DNA of 63,822 bases, the filler included, from Octopus bimaculoides (taxonomy: Eukaryota): assembly GCF_001194135.2 (NCBI RefSeq). It is 5 parts of 5 records of this genome, joined end to end, with 100 filler letters (N's around TTAATTAATTAA, not from the genome) between each part and the next. Parts side by side here need not be neighbours in the genome. Positions count along the whole stretch, not along the records: positions 1 to 11,356 come from NC_068982.1; positions 11,457 to 24,329 come from NC_068986.1; 3 more parts are not named here. One strand, 5' to 3'. Made by a program: the position numbers and the translations under genes. Shown here piece by piece: positions 1 to 13,387 of this stretch (position 1 is its first letter; every line of letters starts with the position of its first letter). The notes under the pieces were generated by a model. The model made no database searches, was not told the DNA's origin, and saw nothing but the letters and a program-made list of their open reading frames with translations.

Positions 1-366
1 CGAGTTCCGGTGGATCAGGTATTTGGAGGCCATAGGTTTTGTATAGTGTGAATGGAGGATTCTGGTTTTATTGTTCTTAGTTTCTAGCCAGAGTTCAGTA
101 TCTAATACAGATAATCTATGGTTAGGGTGTTTAGTAGGGTAGTCTATCGTAAATTTAATACTCTGGTGGATGGAGTTAGCTATTTGCTGGATGCTCTCCA
201 TAGTCTTAGTTTCTATTTCTATTTCAGGGGTGCTCTCTTGTGGGGGTGTCTTTACCACTAAGTTGATATCATCGACATATCGAGAGTACACATTCACGAG
301 TATGGAGTTCTGTGTCAGGCGTTCCTTAAGCCTTCTGTCCCACCATACCATGAAGAGATTGGCCAC
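1..366 (-). mobile_element. Penelope-like retroelement reverse transcriptase fragment, open frame running off the window edge
   Basis: Manual translation without stops: VANLFMVWWD...YSRYVDDINL...ANSIHQSIKFTIDYP...LSVLDTEL...HYTKPMASKYLIHRNS. YVDD catalytic motif and the HYxKPMAS segment typical of PLE RTs. Confidence 0.85.
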
Positions 367-2033
367 GCATATATACATACACACATACACACATATACAC
401 ACACACGTACACACACATGACGAGCTTTCATGAACTGGGAACTATGTGGTAAAGAAGCAAACTTCTTACTTATATCCACACCTATGTCTTAGCCTATATC
501 AGCACCTGTGCCTATTGACGTAAATTCGAAAAGAATCGAATCTGTGCCAGTAGATGTTTGCCAAATGCAAACGCATACATATATGAGTAATTTCTTTAGT
601 TTATTATTTTTCTGTGTAAGCAGTAATGGAAAAGGTTATCCATTGCTTCTTATATTACTACCTGATTTCTGGTGAATATATTTTGGAACCGAACGAATGT
701 AACTCTCATTATATCTATAAGATATAGTTTTGGAGTAATTCCAAATTCCAAGATAGCATGGAAATAAAATCACTTGCCGCTTTGTTTGAAAGAAAAATTA
801 AACAAACAAATAATGACATCTTGGATAAATCAAGATTTTTCAGTGTGAACAGATAGAAAGCTATGATATATGGTGTTACAGTCCTTTCTAACGTCGTTGG
901 TGACGTAAGGAAAGTGATGTAAGCAAACAGAAGCGGTTTTAAGCAGGAATCGAAACCTATATTAAAATTACAATCAGTTATGTAGTTAGAGTGCGTACCA
1001 CCCAGGGAAACTTTTGAATTTGCCGCCTGCAGATTGAAAAGTGCTACACAGGGTGGAAGCCAGTCCTTGAATGCGATCATGGTTACGATCACTTTATACA
1101 TGAAATTAGGTTTACGCATTTGCTGGTAGCTATGCAAAATATCGATATATAACAATTTGCTTCATCGAAAATTTTAAAGAAAATAGCGTCAAACTGATTT
1201 CTGAGTGACTGATTTGTTTATTGGTATCTAAACAACAATAATTTTACTCAAAATCGTACAGTTTAAAAAGTTGCTGTTGCTGTTCTTATTGATTTGAAAA
1301 TTTGGTTCACTAGATTTTTTAATATTTTTTTTGTTCTGCTTTTTAATTGAACCATATTTTAAGCTTTAAATTTTGATCCCACCAACGATCACAACCGTTT
1401 AAAACATCTATCCAGGCATCCACAAAGTGTGACTATGCATTACACATCTGTGTGTTTGTATGTCGTTATTCAATTTCATTTCAAGTTTTATTGTTAATAG
1501 AGAAAGAGCAGGTTTCTAAGCCAGATCCAAGGCGCCTTCATTCGAATTTCATCAACATCAACAGGGTATTATTGCATGTATGTGTGCAATATTTGGAGCT
1601 AGTGCAAGTGCAAATTTGTATGATTTGTTTCATGTCTGTATTCTCATGCGTGTCGTTGCATATATACTTAAATAGTAAACTTCTGGAAAGTTTTACAAAT
1701 TCTTACAATTTCGGTGATGACTTAGATTTAGTCTTCAAATCAGCTTTTCTGGTTTTGAGAAGTCTAATTTCTCAAAATTGGTACTTAGGTAGTGTGTTAC
1801 ATATCAACTTAGAGTAAAGTATGAAAACCAATTAAATTGTGAAAAAATGAAATGAAATGTATTTTAATAAATATTTCCATAGTTTTCAAATGTAAGGGAC
1901 ATTTTCCTTTTTTCTGCCTGTCTCTGTCTCTCTTTTTCACTCTTGTGGGTTCTAGGTAGTTAGCAGCTAGTTTGATATGAATTCTTTGATTGTTTAAGCA
2001 GCAATAGTAGTAGTGAAAGGAGGCGGTGGAGAA

Positions 2034-2789
2034 GTAGAAGAAGAAGAAGAAGAAGAAGAAGAAGAAGAAGAAGAAGAAGAAGAAGAAGAAGAAGAAGAAG
2101 AAGAAGAAGAAGAAGAAGAAGAAGAAGAAAATGCAGGTGTGGTATAAGAGTAGCAGGATATTGGTGGAATCCTCTTAAATGGTCAAGTGACCTAAAAGTG
2201 ATTCGCTGTGGATGATAGTGATTGCAATTGTTTTGAATAAATTCTTATGAGGCGACTGTTTTGAATATGCCATTTTTAATATAGGTCAAACAAAAAAAAA
2301 AGAAAAGAAAACAGTCTACGTCAAAGGATGGTTCTGCACAGATCCCAGATCAAAATTCCGAAAAGCAGAAAAATAGTAGTCATCGACATCTGCGCCAATC
2401 ACAAACAACCCAGCATCAGAATCCTTCACCTCTATCATTTCAGCGACGATACAACTTGTAGTCAACGCATTAGTAAGGAATCATTCTTTGTCACAAAATA
2501 CAAACCCCTTTTGAATGCATCCACAATAAATGACACTTTCACCAGGGCCTTAGAATAACACACGCGCAAATATTAAAAACGACATATTCAAAACAGTCGC
2601 CTCATAAGAATTTATTCAGAACAATTCCAATTACTACTATCATCCACAACGAGTCACTTTTAGGTCACTTGACCATTTAAGAGGATTCCACCAATATCCT
2701 GCTACTCTCATACCACACCTGCATTTTCTTCTTCTTCTTCTTCTTCTTCTTCTTCTTCTTCTTCTTCTTCTTCTTCTTCTTCTTCTTCT
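2034..2789. repeat. Inverted repeat (arms ~2034-2282 and ~2571-2789, with GAA/TTC microsatellite outer ends) around a ~290-bp spacer
   Basis: The right arm is the reverse complement of the left arm with few mismatches, e.g. atgcaggtgtggtataagagtagcagg versus cctgctactctcataccacacctgcat. Confidence 0.9.
2328..2558 (+). mobile_element. Penelope-like GIY-YIG endonuclease C-terminal remnant
   Basis: RISKESFFVTKYKPLLN resembles the RxxKExxxIxxxxPxLN end of PLE endonucleases. Confidence 0.5.
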
Positions 2790-3167
2790 NNNNNNNNNNN
2801 NNNNNNNNNNNNNNNNNNNNNNNNNNNNNNNNNNNNNNNNNNNNNNNNNNNNNNNNNNNNNNNNNNNNNNNNNNNNNNNNNNNNNNNNNNNNNNNNNNNN
2901 NNNNNNNNNNNNNNNNNNNNNNNNNNNNNNNNNNNNNNNNNNNNNNNNNNNNNNNNNNNNNNNNNNNNNNNNNNNNNNNNNNNNNNNNNNNNNNNNNNNN
3001 NNNNNNNNNNNNNNNNNNNNNNNNNNNNNNNNNNNNNNNNNNNNNNNNNNNNNNNNNNNNNNNNNNNNNNNNNNNNNNNNNNNNNNNNNNNNNNNNNNNN
3101 NNNNNNNNNNNNNNNNNNNNNNNNNNNNNNNNNNNNNNNNNNNNNNNNNNNNNNNNNNNNNNNNNNN

Positions 3168-3208
<41 letters not shown>

Positions 3209-3267
3209 CTCACTCTCTCCATTACATCGACGTTATTTAAACAGGTGTACTGTGTACCACGTGTCAG

Positions 3268-3395
3268 GTGCCAAAGTGATTGCAGAGCAATGAGATGAAG
3301 CATTTTGCTCAAGAGCACAAGGCACCTGCCGGTCTAGGAATTGGAAAAACGATCTTGCGATCGTGAGTACAATACCCTGACCACTAGGCCACGCT
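3268..3395 (-). mobile_element. tRNA-derived SINE fragment (same family as 24780-24931)
   Basis: Reverse strand tggcctagtggtcaggg (A-box-like) followed by the ttgagcaaaatgcttc core. Confidence 0.65.
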
Positions 3396-4881
3396 CTCTC
3401 CCTCTCTCCCTCTCTCTTTTCTCTCTCTCTCTCACACACACACGTCCACACACCCACACAGACACAGACACACACACATCTATATATATATAAATGAGGA
3501 TGCGAGATCATGCGTATATATTTATGTATGCGCGTAGCAATGTATACATTTGCGTGTTTGCATCTATGCATATATCTATGCAATTTTGTATCCATTTCAC
3601 TGCACATGTGCATATGCATACGTATATTAGGCAACGCGAACAAATGTGTGTGTATAATTGTGTGTGCGCGCGTGCGTACGTGCGTGCGTGCGTGTGTTTG
3701 CGGGCATAATATTGCAATTATAATAATATGCTGTCCAGTTCGTTAGCTCCTTGTTGTCAAGGCTATTGTACATGCCAGTTTCAGGGGCGAATGTTCTACG
3801 CCTTTTGTTTTTACAAAGGAAAGCTATCAGTATTTTTGTCAACATATAATTTGTTCTTTGACATGGACAAACTGAACAGGGTCGCCTTTCATCTACTTTG
3901 AAATGAACCAATGAGAATCATTGTTTTTCATTCCGTTTATTTAAAAATACATCATTTTAAGAGTTATTGTTTGGATATGCTGTTATGAAAACAAGAGTAC
4001 TTAAAAATGATTTGATGCACTTATAGTTGTTTCTTATTACTGACATTTCAGTGTTATGTGTATTTGTACATTTGTATGAGTGTGTTTGCATATGCGCGCG
4101 CGTGTGTGTGTGCGCATATGCGTGTGTGTGCGAGAGAGAGAGACACACACATACAGCGCGCGCGAGAGAGAGAAAGAGAGAGAGAGAGAGAAAGGGGGAG
4201 AAATTTGAGAGCGAAAGATATAGCTAAAGAATTTAAAAACCAGAAACAAAAACAAAAAGCAAGCCATCTGAAATACGTGGGAAAAGATATAAAATAACTG
4301 CTCTGTAACTTTTTCAGGAATGGAGATGTGGTTGTCTCGGCCAGACGTGAAGAAATATTTAAGAGAAACTGAAAAACCTCTGTCACCGTTAATACTGATG
4401 ATAACGAACATGACAGCGGAGACGACAATAATGATGACATCGATATTATGGTCCCAGAAAGGTGACGAAAACCACCACCACCAACAACAACAACAGCAAC
4501 AACAAAGCTTTCTCTTAGGACGATATGGATTTAACCAACTCCAGTACGAGCGGTTATTGAAAAGTTAATTAGTTATGAATTTATTCAACATATTTCCCGC
4601 TCAGATGCACAAACTTATTGCAGCAGTCTTTCAGTTTTTTCTAAGCTCTGTACAAAGAACTCAAAATTGGGGCTCCAGCCAGGCTTTTCACGATACCATT
4701 AAAGCCGGTAACTTTTCAGCAACCCCTAGTAATGACAATTATAAGGTGATAGGGGAAATGTTAATATGTAGCCAGAAGGGCAGTTTGAGCTCTTTGAACA
4801 AAACCACGCCTCCCCACTATTCTGCAAATCCATTCTAATATATTTATTATCTAATATTAAAACTTTGTGTTTCTTGTAAAT

Positions 4882-5068
4882 TACCGCATTTTAAAGTGTA
4901 TAGGGAACCCTTTTTTGTCAAAAATTAGGTTTAAAAAATACGGGAGTTTCTTATACATGGATGTTTTAACCCGATACAAAACCTTTTTTCCAAAATTTAA
5001 ACCCCCCAAATTAGTGGGGGGGGGTGTCCTTATACACGAGGGTTCCATATACACGTTAAATTACGGTA
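4882..5068. mobile_element. TA-flanked MITE (Tc1/pogo-type)
   Basis: Imperfect terminal inverted repeats TAccgcattttaaagtgtata and tatacacgttaaattacggTA. Confidence 0.6.
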
Positions 5069-5966
5069 GATGGTAAACGACGGCCCCATTTTCGTATCTG
5101 AAAAAGACTTCGGCTGAAATCATTGCTATATCCATATTAAACTCGTTTCCGCTGCAACATAAATTGATCGTTGCTTCAAATTCATCAATCAGGATTTGTT
5201 GTTGCCTTAAGGTGTCAGTGTAACTGTTCTGATATGCATCCCTTCATATAAGTAAATCTTTTGCTTATGCATGTAATTGGTTAATATAAATATATATATA
5301 TATANNNNNNNNNNNNNNNNNNNNNNNNNNNNNNNNNNNNNNNNNNNNNNNNNNNNNNNNNNNNNNNNNNNNNNNNNNNNNNNNNNNNNNNNNNNNNNNN
5401 NNNNNNNNNNNNNNNNNNNNNNNNNNNNNNNNNNNNNNNNNNNNNNNNNNNNNNNNNNNNNNNNNNNNNNNNNNNNNNNNNNNNNNNNNNNNNNNNNNNN
5501 NNNNNNNNNNNNNNNNNNNNNNNNNNNNNNNNNNNNNNNNNNNNNNNNNNNNNNNNNNNNNNNNNNNNNNNNNNNNNNNNNNNNNNNNNNNNNNNNNNNN
5601 NNNNNNNNNNNNNNNNNNNNNNNNNNNNNNNNNNNNNNNNNNNNNNNNNNNNNNNNNNNNNNNNNNNNNNNNNNNNNNNNNNNNNNNNNNNNNNNNNNNN
5701 NNNNNNNNNNNNNNNNNNNNNNNNNNNNNNNNNNNNNNNNNNNNNNNNNNNNNNNNNNNNNNNNNNNNNNNNNNNNNNNNNNNNNNNNNNNNNNNNNNNN
5801 NNNNNNNNNNNNNNNNNNNNNNNNNNNNNNNNNNNTGAAGACAAAATCAAAATCTTGACGTGTTTGATAAACGAACGAAAGCCTTAATAAAGAATTATTC
5901 AAAATTCTGACTGTCTCCTTTTTCTCAATATGCACTATCTGTACATCACTTCAAACACTCTTTACG

Positions 5967-6002
<36 letters not shown>

Positions 6003-7009
6003 TATGTATATGTATGTATGTATAACTACTACACATGTGGGAAATTCTGTCTGTGGGTATGTTTGTGGAGTTGTTAGCTAACTCCTCTTACATCGTTTTA
6101 TCGATTTTGACGAAACTTAACACGCAAGTAGAACTCATGTATGGAAACATCATGGTATATTCAGATTGTTGAAATAATCGACAATAGGGTCCCTGGAAGG
6201 GATACTTATATATAGCCTAGCGAAATAACCCATGCATTTTCCTAAATTATTTAGTAAAAATGAAATTGAGTGTGCTTATTTCTTAGTATTTGAACTGTTA
6301 TTTTCGCAATTTATCCAATACAACCCTTAAACAAGTAAATATTATTTTCCAAAACAATAAATCCACTTATTTCGGTTGGTATATACTAACACTAGCGCCC
6401 CTGAGGGTGATATTCTGTGGAAACACACAAAAGCCCTTCTCAGAGTTATTTACTTTGAATTGTTATTATCTCATATCTGATTAGCCTGTTATTACGTAAC
6501 ATGCTTCATGATTTTAGTATACATCCCTTATTAGTATATCCTCCTATGTTCTATACACTCTAGGAACGCATTAAAGCCCTTTTGGGGGCTATTTTATTTA
6601 AATTCTTACTATCGGGTAACTAATTGTTCATAACTTATTGGGAATTCCTAAAAACAAGATCCTGTGTAAGACAGTTCGGTATTCTCTGTAAATGCACAAA
6701 AACAATTTTAAGGGCTACATACTTTGTATATATATANNNNNNNNNNNNNNNNNNNNNNNNNNNNNNNNNNNNNNNNNNNNNNNNNNNNNNNNNNNNNNNN
6801 NNNNNNNNNNNNNNNNNATATATATATATAAATATGTAATTGGTTAAGATATATATTTGTGTGTGTGTGTGTGTGTGTGTGTGCGTATTTGTATGCATAC
6901 ATGTATGTTTGTGAGTGTGTGTGAATCAAAAACAGTTTGAGTATTATATACATAATTATAGTAAAAAGGGAACCCAATACTATATTGTAAAATAATATTT
7001 CAGCGACAA

Positions 7010-7071
7010 GGCGGCGAGCTGGCAGAATCGATAGCACACCGGCAAAATGCTTAGCGGCATTTCGTCTGTCC
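7010..7071 (+). mobile_element. SINE family S1, 5' fragment
   Basis: ggcggcgagctggcagaatcgatagcacaccggcaaaatgcttagcggcatttcgtc. The same head recurs at 15635, 20781, 33364, 33545 and 41817, and in reverse near 34373-34660 and 46960-47490. Confidence 0.85.
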
Positions 7072-8302
7072 TTAGTATCGAAAGATTCATAGCCGTAGGT
7101 TTAAAAATGTAGTTTAATTAATTTTTTCTTCGGATTTCTAATACACATTTTATTGTACATAAATACTTAATAATTTAATCAGATAAGCTGATCAACACGT
7201 TGTATACAAAGTAAATTAGCCATTACAGCTTTTGCGTTTGACGTGAATAACTATTTATTATAAGCTCTATCCTTGAACAGACGAATGCTGGTGTGCTTGT
7301 CTGCTGATGAGAGGTTAACAAACCGTGAAACATATCAGTACAATATTCCTTTATATTTCTGTGTGTCAGGAGAATAACAAGATATATTCAAATTTGTTTA
7401 AAGCTACACAAAACTTTAAAACATACCTCTGCCCTCTCCCCACAACAAAACTTGTACTTTAATTTAAATATACATCAGCGGCGTTTCTTCCTAGAAGATT
7501 CAGACGTTTTTTGGAAGCTCTAAAGCACACACACAACATGTGGGGGTCTGAGAAAATCTGGTGGAGCGTGGGAACCAAAGTTTGTTTTGTCTTTTTAGTG
7601 GGACATGGAATTGTGAAAATCTGTTTTTTCACTGCAAACATACTATACCGATAGTCAGCCTAGCCAAACAAATCCCTCCAGCCAAACATACTGTATGAAT
7701 ACTGCTTGCCAGAGTATAGCGCTATTCTAATGCCCTGGTGTGGATATTTCTTTAAGGGAAATATATAATTATGAAATATTAAAAATAAAGTTGCTTTTTT
7801 CCAACCACCGCTGGGGTGGGGCATCCATTTTTCTGGAAAGTTATAATGGGGTTTGGAAGAAAATAGCTTAGTAAATACTGCTCTAAAATTTGGTGTTGTC
7901 TTTTCTTCACTAGAAAATAACTCCTTGGAGTCCAACGGTTCAAAAGAAGCCCAGTTTCCTCGACGACGTACATTCACTCTGATGTAAGGCTTCCTTCAGC
8001 AATAATTTTCTCCAGCCCCTTAGAATAATTAATGACAGATACTATAGCAGTACTCGCAGCTTTACCGATTATTTTAATGATGTGCAAATTAAGGCACCTC
8101 ATAAGTCTTTTAAGCCAACTATGTTAACAAGAAATGTTTTCTTATCCAAGCTGCACCTTGCATTTTCTCAAAATGTCATACAAACTTTTAGCATTCCTTT
8201 GAATGACCATCGTGTTTATCTGCACGTTTCTTGATCCACACACTCAAGAGCCTTTCCGTTTTAAGCATTATTTCACATACACACACACACATTATATGTG
8301 TT

Positions 8303-8368
<66 letters not shown>
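8303..8368. repeat. (TATC)n microsatellite at the 3' tail of an RTE LINE
   Basis: Directly visible; abuts the LINE stop region. Confidence 0.9.
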
Positions 8369-8369
<1 letters not shown>

Positions 8370-8370
8370 C

Positions 8371-9195
8371 GCTTACAAAGATTAGGAAGGCTGTTGTCCA
8401 CGTCGTCTGCACTCTCGTTCGTGGCTGATAAAGCCGATGTGGGATCGACAGATCCGATTGCAGGGATGACAGAGGTATGGTTGTTCAAGATCTGATGATT
8501 CAGCTGCATTATTTTTTCGCCTCTGACGTTTGTCTTCAAGAGAGGCACTGCGAGAGATCTCAAAGGAGGAAACAATATCACTGATGGTATGAAACCGAAC
8601 GACGCGGTCAGCTGTTAGAGTGAACCACTCACGATAATCAATGTCACAAACACTAAGGTCCAGCAAATGTTCAGGATGGTACGGAGGCAGCGTTGGTGAA
8701 AAGGAGCCTGAAAAGATAGCAGTAGGGGATCCAGGAATCAGAGCCATATAGGAACGCAGTGAGAGCGACGGCCCTGTAACCGCTGACTTTTGTACTGATT
8801 TTAAGATGCTTGTTCCACACACGCTTGTACAGCCTGATGCATGCTTTGTTTGCCTTTGCAAGTCTGTTGTCTATTTCTTTGTTGATACTCGCATTTGATG
8901 AGATGGTACATCCAAGATAAGTGAACTGTTGTAACGACTGTTTCGGCAATGATGATGTGGGGCTGGCTGTACTCTTCCTGAGGAGCTAGTTGGTGTATGA
9001 CTTCAGTCTTCTTCAAGCTTAGTTCCAGTCCGAAGAGCTGGGTGACCTCTGCAAAGCAGGATCTGATGCGCCGCAGGGCGCTTTCTGTGTGTGCAACAAG
9101 TACGGCATCATCTGCAAAGAGGAGGCCCTAGATCGGTTGCTCTTGAGTTTTGGTTTGAGCCTGAAGGCGCCGGAGGTTGAAAAGACTGCATCTTG
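8371..9195 (-). mobile_element. RTE/BovB-like LINE, 5'-truncated RT and C-terminal region, frameshifted
   Basis: LFADDAVLVAHTESAL...FGLELSLKKTEV; YLGCTISSNASINKEIDNRLAKA; C-terminal CHPCNRICRSHIGFISH. Confidence 0.9.
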
Positions 9196-9853
9196 AGAAC
9201 TTTCAGTTTCTTCTTAAATAGTGATATGGCTAATATGTTTGCTTCTATTGGGAATATGCATAGGTGTGCGATACTGCCAATAGTCTAGCAGACGCTGGGG
9301 TAACATAGAATAGCAGCATATATAAACTGAGATGTAAATACGTAAATAAATAAATAAATAAATAAATATTTGAAATGATGACAATGAAATTTCTACAGCA
9401 AAGATAATCTATCAAATATTTAAGAAATGTGGAAGTGAAAACGTTTCAATAAAGAATGTCCTCATGACATTTGTTAAAATTTTGAGGTGAGGTCATTTCA
9501 GGTCAGAAATTTTGACGAGTGACGTGACATCTTGTCACGTCATGAGTTTCGATATTTTCTTTAAGTCACACCGCAATATGATGAAGTTGTAGGCACTTTA
9601 AAGAACTGAAATATTTATCATTAAAAAAAAAGGAATACTAGCTTCAAATTTACTAACAGCGACCCAGAATTTCAAGGATGAGTGGCTGCGATAATTAAAA
9701 CAATGTAAAAAAGCATAACACATTGTCGTCTTTAAACGGGATTTATCAATTTCCCTCAGCGAACACAACTCCGACATAGGTAAGGAAAGTAAAATTGGGT
9801 TCATTAAATGAAGTAGAAGAAAACGAAGAATTCACACATCGCGCGCGCGTATT

Positions 9854-9917
<64 letters not shown>

Positions 9918-11400
9918 CTTAGATTTGAAAGTTTGAAAACGATTGTTTACTTCGTTACGTGAATATTATCTAACGCTAAAATAAACGTTGGGTTGCAATG
10001 TGAGTGTTCAAATATTTTAGCAGAGTTGTTTCTACGAAAATTACTGTTTATTAACTGAAATAAATTTATTTGTAAGTAGTCAATGAAAATAAATTATACC
10101 AAAAATTTCAGGGTATTAATAGGTTAAGAAAACTACTTATTTGTTTTTGTGTTTTTTATTTTTTTTAAAAGAAAGAAAAAAAAGATCTGCAATAATTTTT
10201 GTTAGAATTCTAGTTAATGACAATTAACGGTGGAACATCTAGAAACAACAAAACTATGTCTGTTTTCTTATGAGAAAAATGTCCATTCTCATTCAAATGA
10301 TATGGAAAACCAAAAATTGAGATTAATTAGGTAAGAAAATATTTAGACTAAGTGAAGCATTTTGAGAGAAAATATAATCTTTCCTCTCTGTTCTATAGAA
10401 AATATGATTTAAAAAAATAATTAAAAAGGAGAAAAGAGATGGGAGTAATTTTAATACGTAACCAGAAATCAGTATTCTCGTTTTAAAGTTACTAGATTGC
10501 CGGATCACACTTTTCGATTTTATTTTGACTATCGGACTACTGAATCTTTCCCTTGCTGCTGCAGCTGTCATTGACGACAGAAAGCTTGCAAGTGGCTTTC
10601 CTATTCACAAGAAAATAATTTGATTTACTGCTCGTCAACAACAGTCTCCAATTTTGTTTCTTTTCTTTTAGGAGAGAATAATCGCAGCATATTTTTAGAA
10701 TCTCATGTAATGAACTCTAAATAGATTCTCGATTAAATTTCCTTCGAATCATTTATCTCTTAATAGGTATCAACCAAAGACCTACAAACATTTTTGATCT
10801 CATACACATCTCTGCACATAATGTGGTATAATGTGTTATTCCTCGATGGAATGACATTTTATTTTCAGAGTCTTAATTGTATAAACCAGTTCCGTTGTGA
10901 CATGCTGCCTCATTTATGCGAGAAGCCATATGACATCTCATACGTCCCTAAGACACTTTTTAAAATTCTTTTCGAATAGTTTTCTTTATAAATATATAAC
11001 GGTTTATTCGGTCTGTCTCTTTGTTCAGCTACACGAATGATTGTCAAACCAAACCCTTTGTTCGTTTAATTTCTCAGCAATGTCTTTCAACTTCTGAATT
11101 GATAATGCTACTCATCACTATTCTTTAATATTCAGTAGACAGGTCCTATTCATGAGCGACCGAAATGCCTAACGCCATTCTCCAAAAGTGTACGCTAAAT
11201 TGGGAGATGAGCCAAGAATCAATCGATTCACTCTCTCTCTAGACATGAGGAACACACAGTTACTTCATATCCTACAAAATCGATATACATGGTAGGTTTC
11301 ACAAGTGCCGATGATAGGCATTGCGACCCCATGTATATATATATATATATATATATNNNNNNNNNNNNNNNNNNNNNNNNNNNNNNNNNNNNNNNNNNNN

Positions 11401-11412
11401 TTAATTAATTAA
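11401..11412. other. Assembly gap sentinel TTAATTAATTAA inside an N-run (also 24374-24385, 52539-52550, 61628-61639)
   Basis: Identical 12-mer embedded between N blocks four times; it has stop codons in all six frames. Confidence 0.9.
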
Positions 11413-11456
11413 NNNNNNNNNNNNNNNNNNNNNNNNNNNNNNNNNNNNNNNNNNNN

Positions 11457-11518
<62 letters not shown>

Positions 11519-11789
11519 TTTATGAGTAGTGGCAGTTTGTTAAGAAGTTTTCTTCCTAACGCTGTGTTTCCAGGTTCATATAATGCAAAGGCCTCCGAGT
11601 TTTTGTTGTTCCTATTGTTGTTGAAGCAGTTTTAATTGAATAGACTCTTATAATCAAAAGACTTTCAGCTGCTTTTCATTTTACCTTTCTGTTTTCTTTC
11701 GAGGGAAAACTGATTGCGATTTCTCGAAGGTCGTGTGATCATCTACAAACTCCCTCGCTAGTGCACGTCCGCCATTCTTATTGTGGTTG

Positions 11790-11915
11790 CGGCTAATGAA
11801 GACGACGGTGACGACAGCGGTGACGGCGGCGACGGTGACGACGGCGGTAACGGTGACGACGGCGGTAACGGTGACGACGACAGCGGCGGCGGCGGCGACG
11901 ACGACGACGATGGTG
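11790..11915. repeat. GC-rich GAC/GGC/GGT trinucleotide low-complexity tract
   Basis: Directly visible. Confidence 0.85.
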
Positions 11916-12557
11916 GTGTACCGACTGTGGTTGCTGTATTTTCCCTTATGTTATTTGCTGTTACTCTTTTGCTTGTCTTTGTGTTTAAGTCTTTCACCTT
12001 GTTTTGTGAACCTAATTATGCTTTTCCACACGCTATCTTAACACAACTAATTATTCATACGGATGCCGTGTATCGCGTATTTCAGGGTAGATACAATTGT
12101 GATATGTTAATTATAAATTATATCGTCTGATTATAGCTCCATTCTTTCCTGCTCTATTTACCATCATCTCGGTGTATTCATTAGACCCATATGTACCCAT
12201 TGATCCAAGCACCCCCCACGTTCCAATTTGGCTTGTCACCCTCTAACTGAACGATATATAATGATATATCACTAGAAAAATTAAAACATCATTCCTTTTT
12301 TTTGCCATAATTCTTTGTTTAAGGATTCACTTTTCTTTTAACCTCGACGCTCATCTGCTACTCTTACTGTGTCACAAACGACAGCGAACTACGGCTCAAA
12401 GTATCAGTGTCACACTATTTGTCCTCAGCTGTGACCTTCGCTGTTACACTGCCCCATGTATTGCGACATTGACCGCTAGGCACGAGTGTAACGCACCCAC
12501 CTGCGCTGTCTGCTTTTTTACCTCGTTATCCGATATATACATACATACATACATACA

Positions 12558-12593
<36 letters not shown>

Positions 12594-13316
12594 TGTATAT
12601 ATATATGTATATATATATATATATATNNNNNNNNNNNNNNNNNNNNNNNNNNNNNNNNNNNNNNNNNNNNNNNNNNNNNNNNNNNNNNNNNNNNNNNNNN
12701 NNNNNNNNNNNNNNNNNNNNNNNNNNNNNNNNNNNNNNNNNNNNNNNNNNNNNNNNNNNNNNNNNNNNNNNNNNNNNNNNNNNNNNNNNNNNNNNNNNNN
12801 NNNNNNNNNNNNNNNNNNNNNNNNNNNNNNNATAACGTGAGAGAGTTAGGGGTTGGGGGTTCAATCCACTAAGGGATATATATATATATATATATATGAG
12901 TGTGTGTGTGTATGTATGTATGTATGCATTTATGTATGTATGTATGTATGTATGTATGTATGTATGTATGTGTATGTATGTATGTATGTATGTATGTATG
13001 TATGTATGCACGTATGTATGTATACATTGTTCTCGCATATAGAGCAAGTTTGGCTTTCAGATACTTCCAACGTGAAGATCGCTATCTGCCTTTCCTTGAT
13101 CAGAAAGAGCAGCCAGTTTGTTCACAACAGCAGTAAAGAGAAAAGCTAATTTGATGGACATGACTAAGAGGACAGCCGACAGACAGCTTCCATTTCAGTC
13201 AAGCAGTTACTGCTTTCAAGTTGGAGAAGGAGGTGACGGCTTCTTGCAAATGCTTCAAAAGTTGATGAATGCCACAATCATGTTCTCAGTATGCATCTGG
13301 AGGTCCTAGAATGACA

Positions 13317-13319
<3 letters not shown>

Positions 13320-13386
<67 letters not shown>
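13320..13386. repeat. (GA)n microsatellite
   Basis: Directly visible. Confidence 0.95.

Positions 13387-13387
<1 letters not shown>

Noticed and set aside
4318-4463. Exon-like segment (strong acceptor; NGDVVVSARREEIFKRN*...DDNEHDSGDDNNDDIDIMVPE)
   Set aside because: In-frame stop in the protein-like frame, no partner exons and no recognisable homology.
11758-12130. D/G-rich ORF with a hydrophobic tail (plus) and S/P-rich ORF (minus)
   Set aside because: Explained by a GAC/GGC trinucleotide tract; no convincing splice context or homology.
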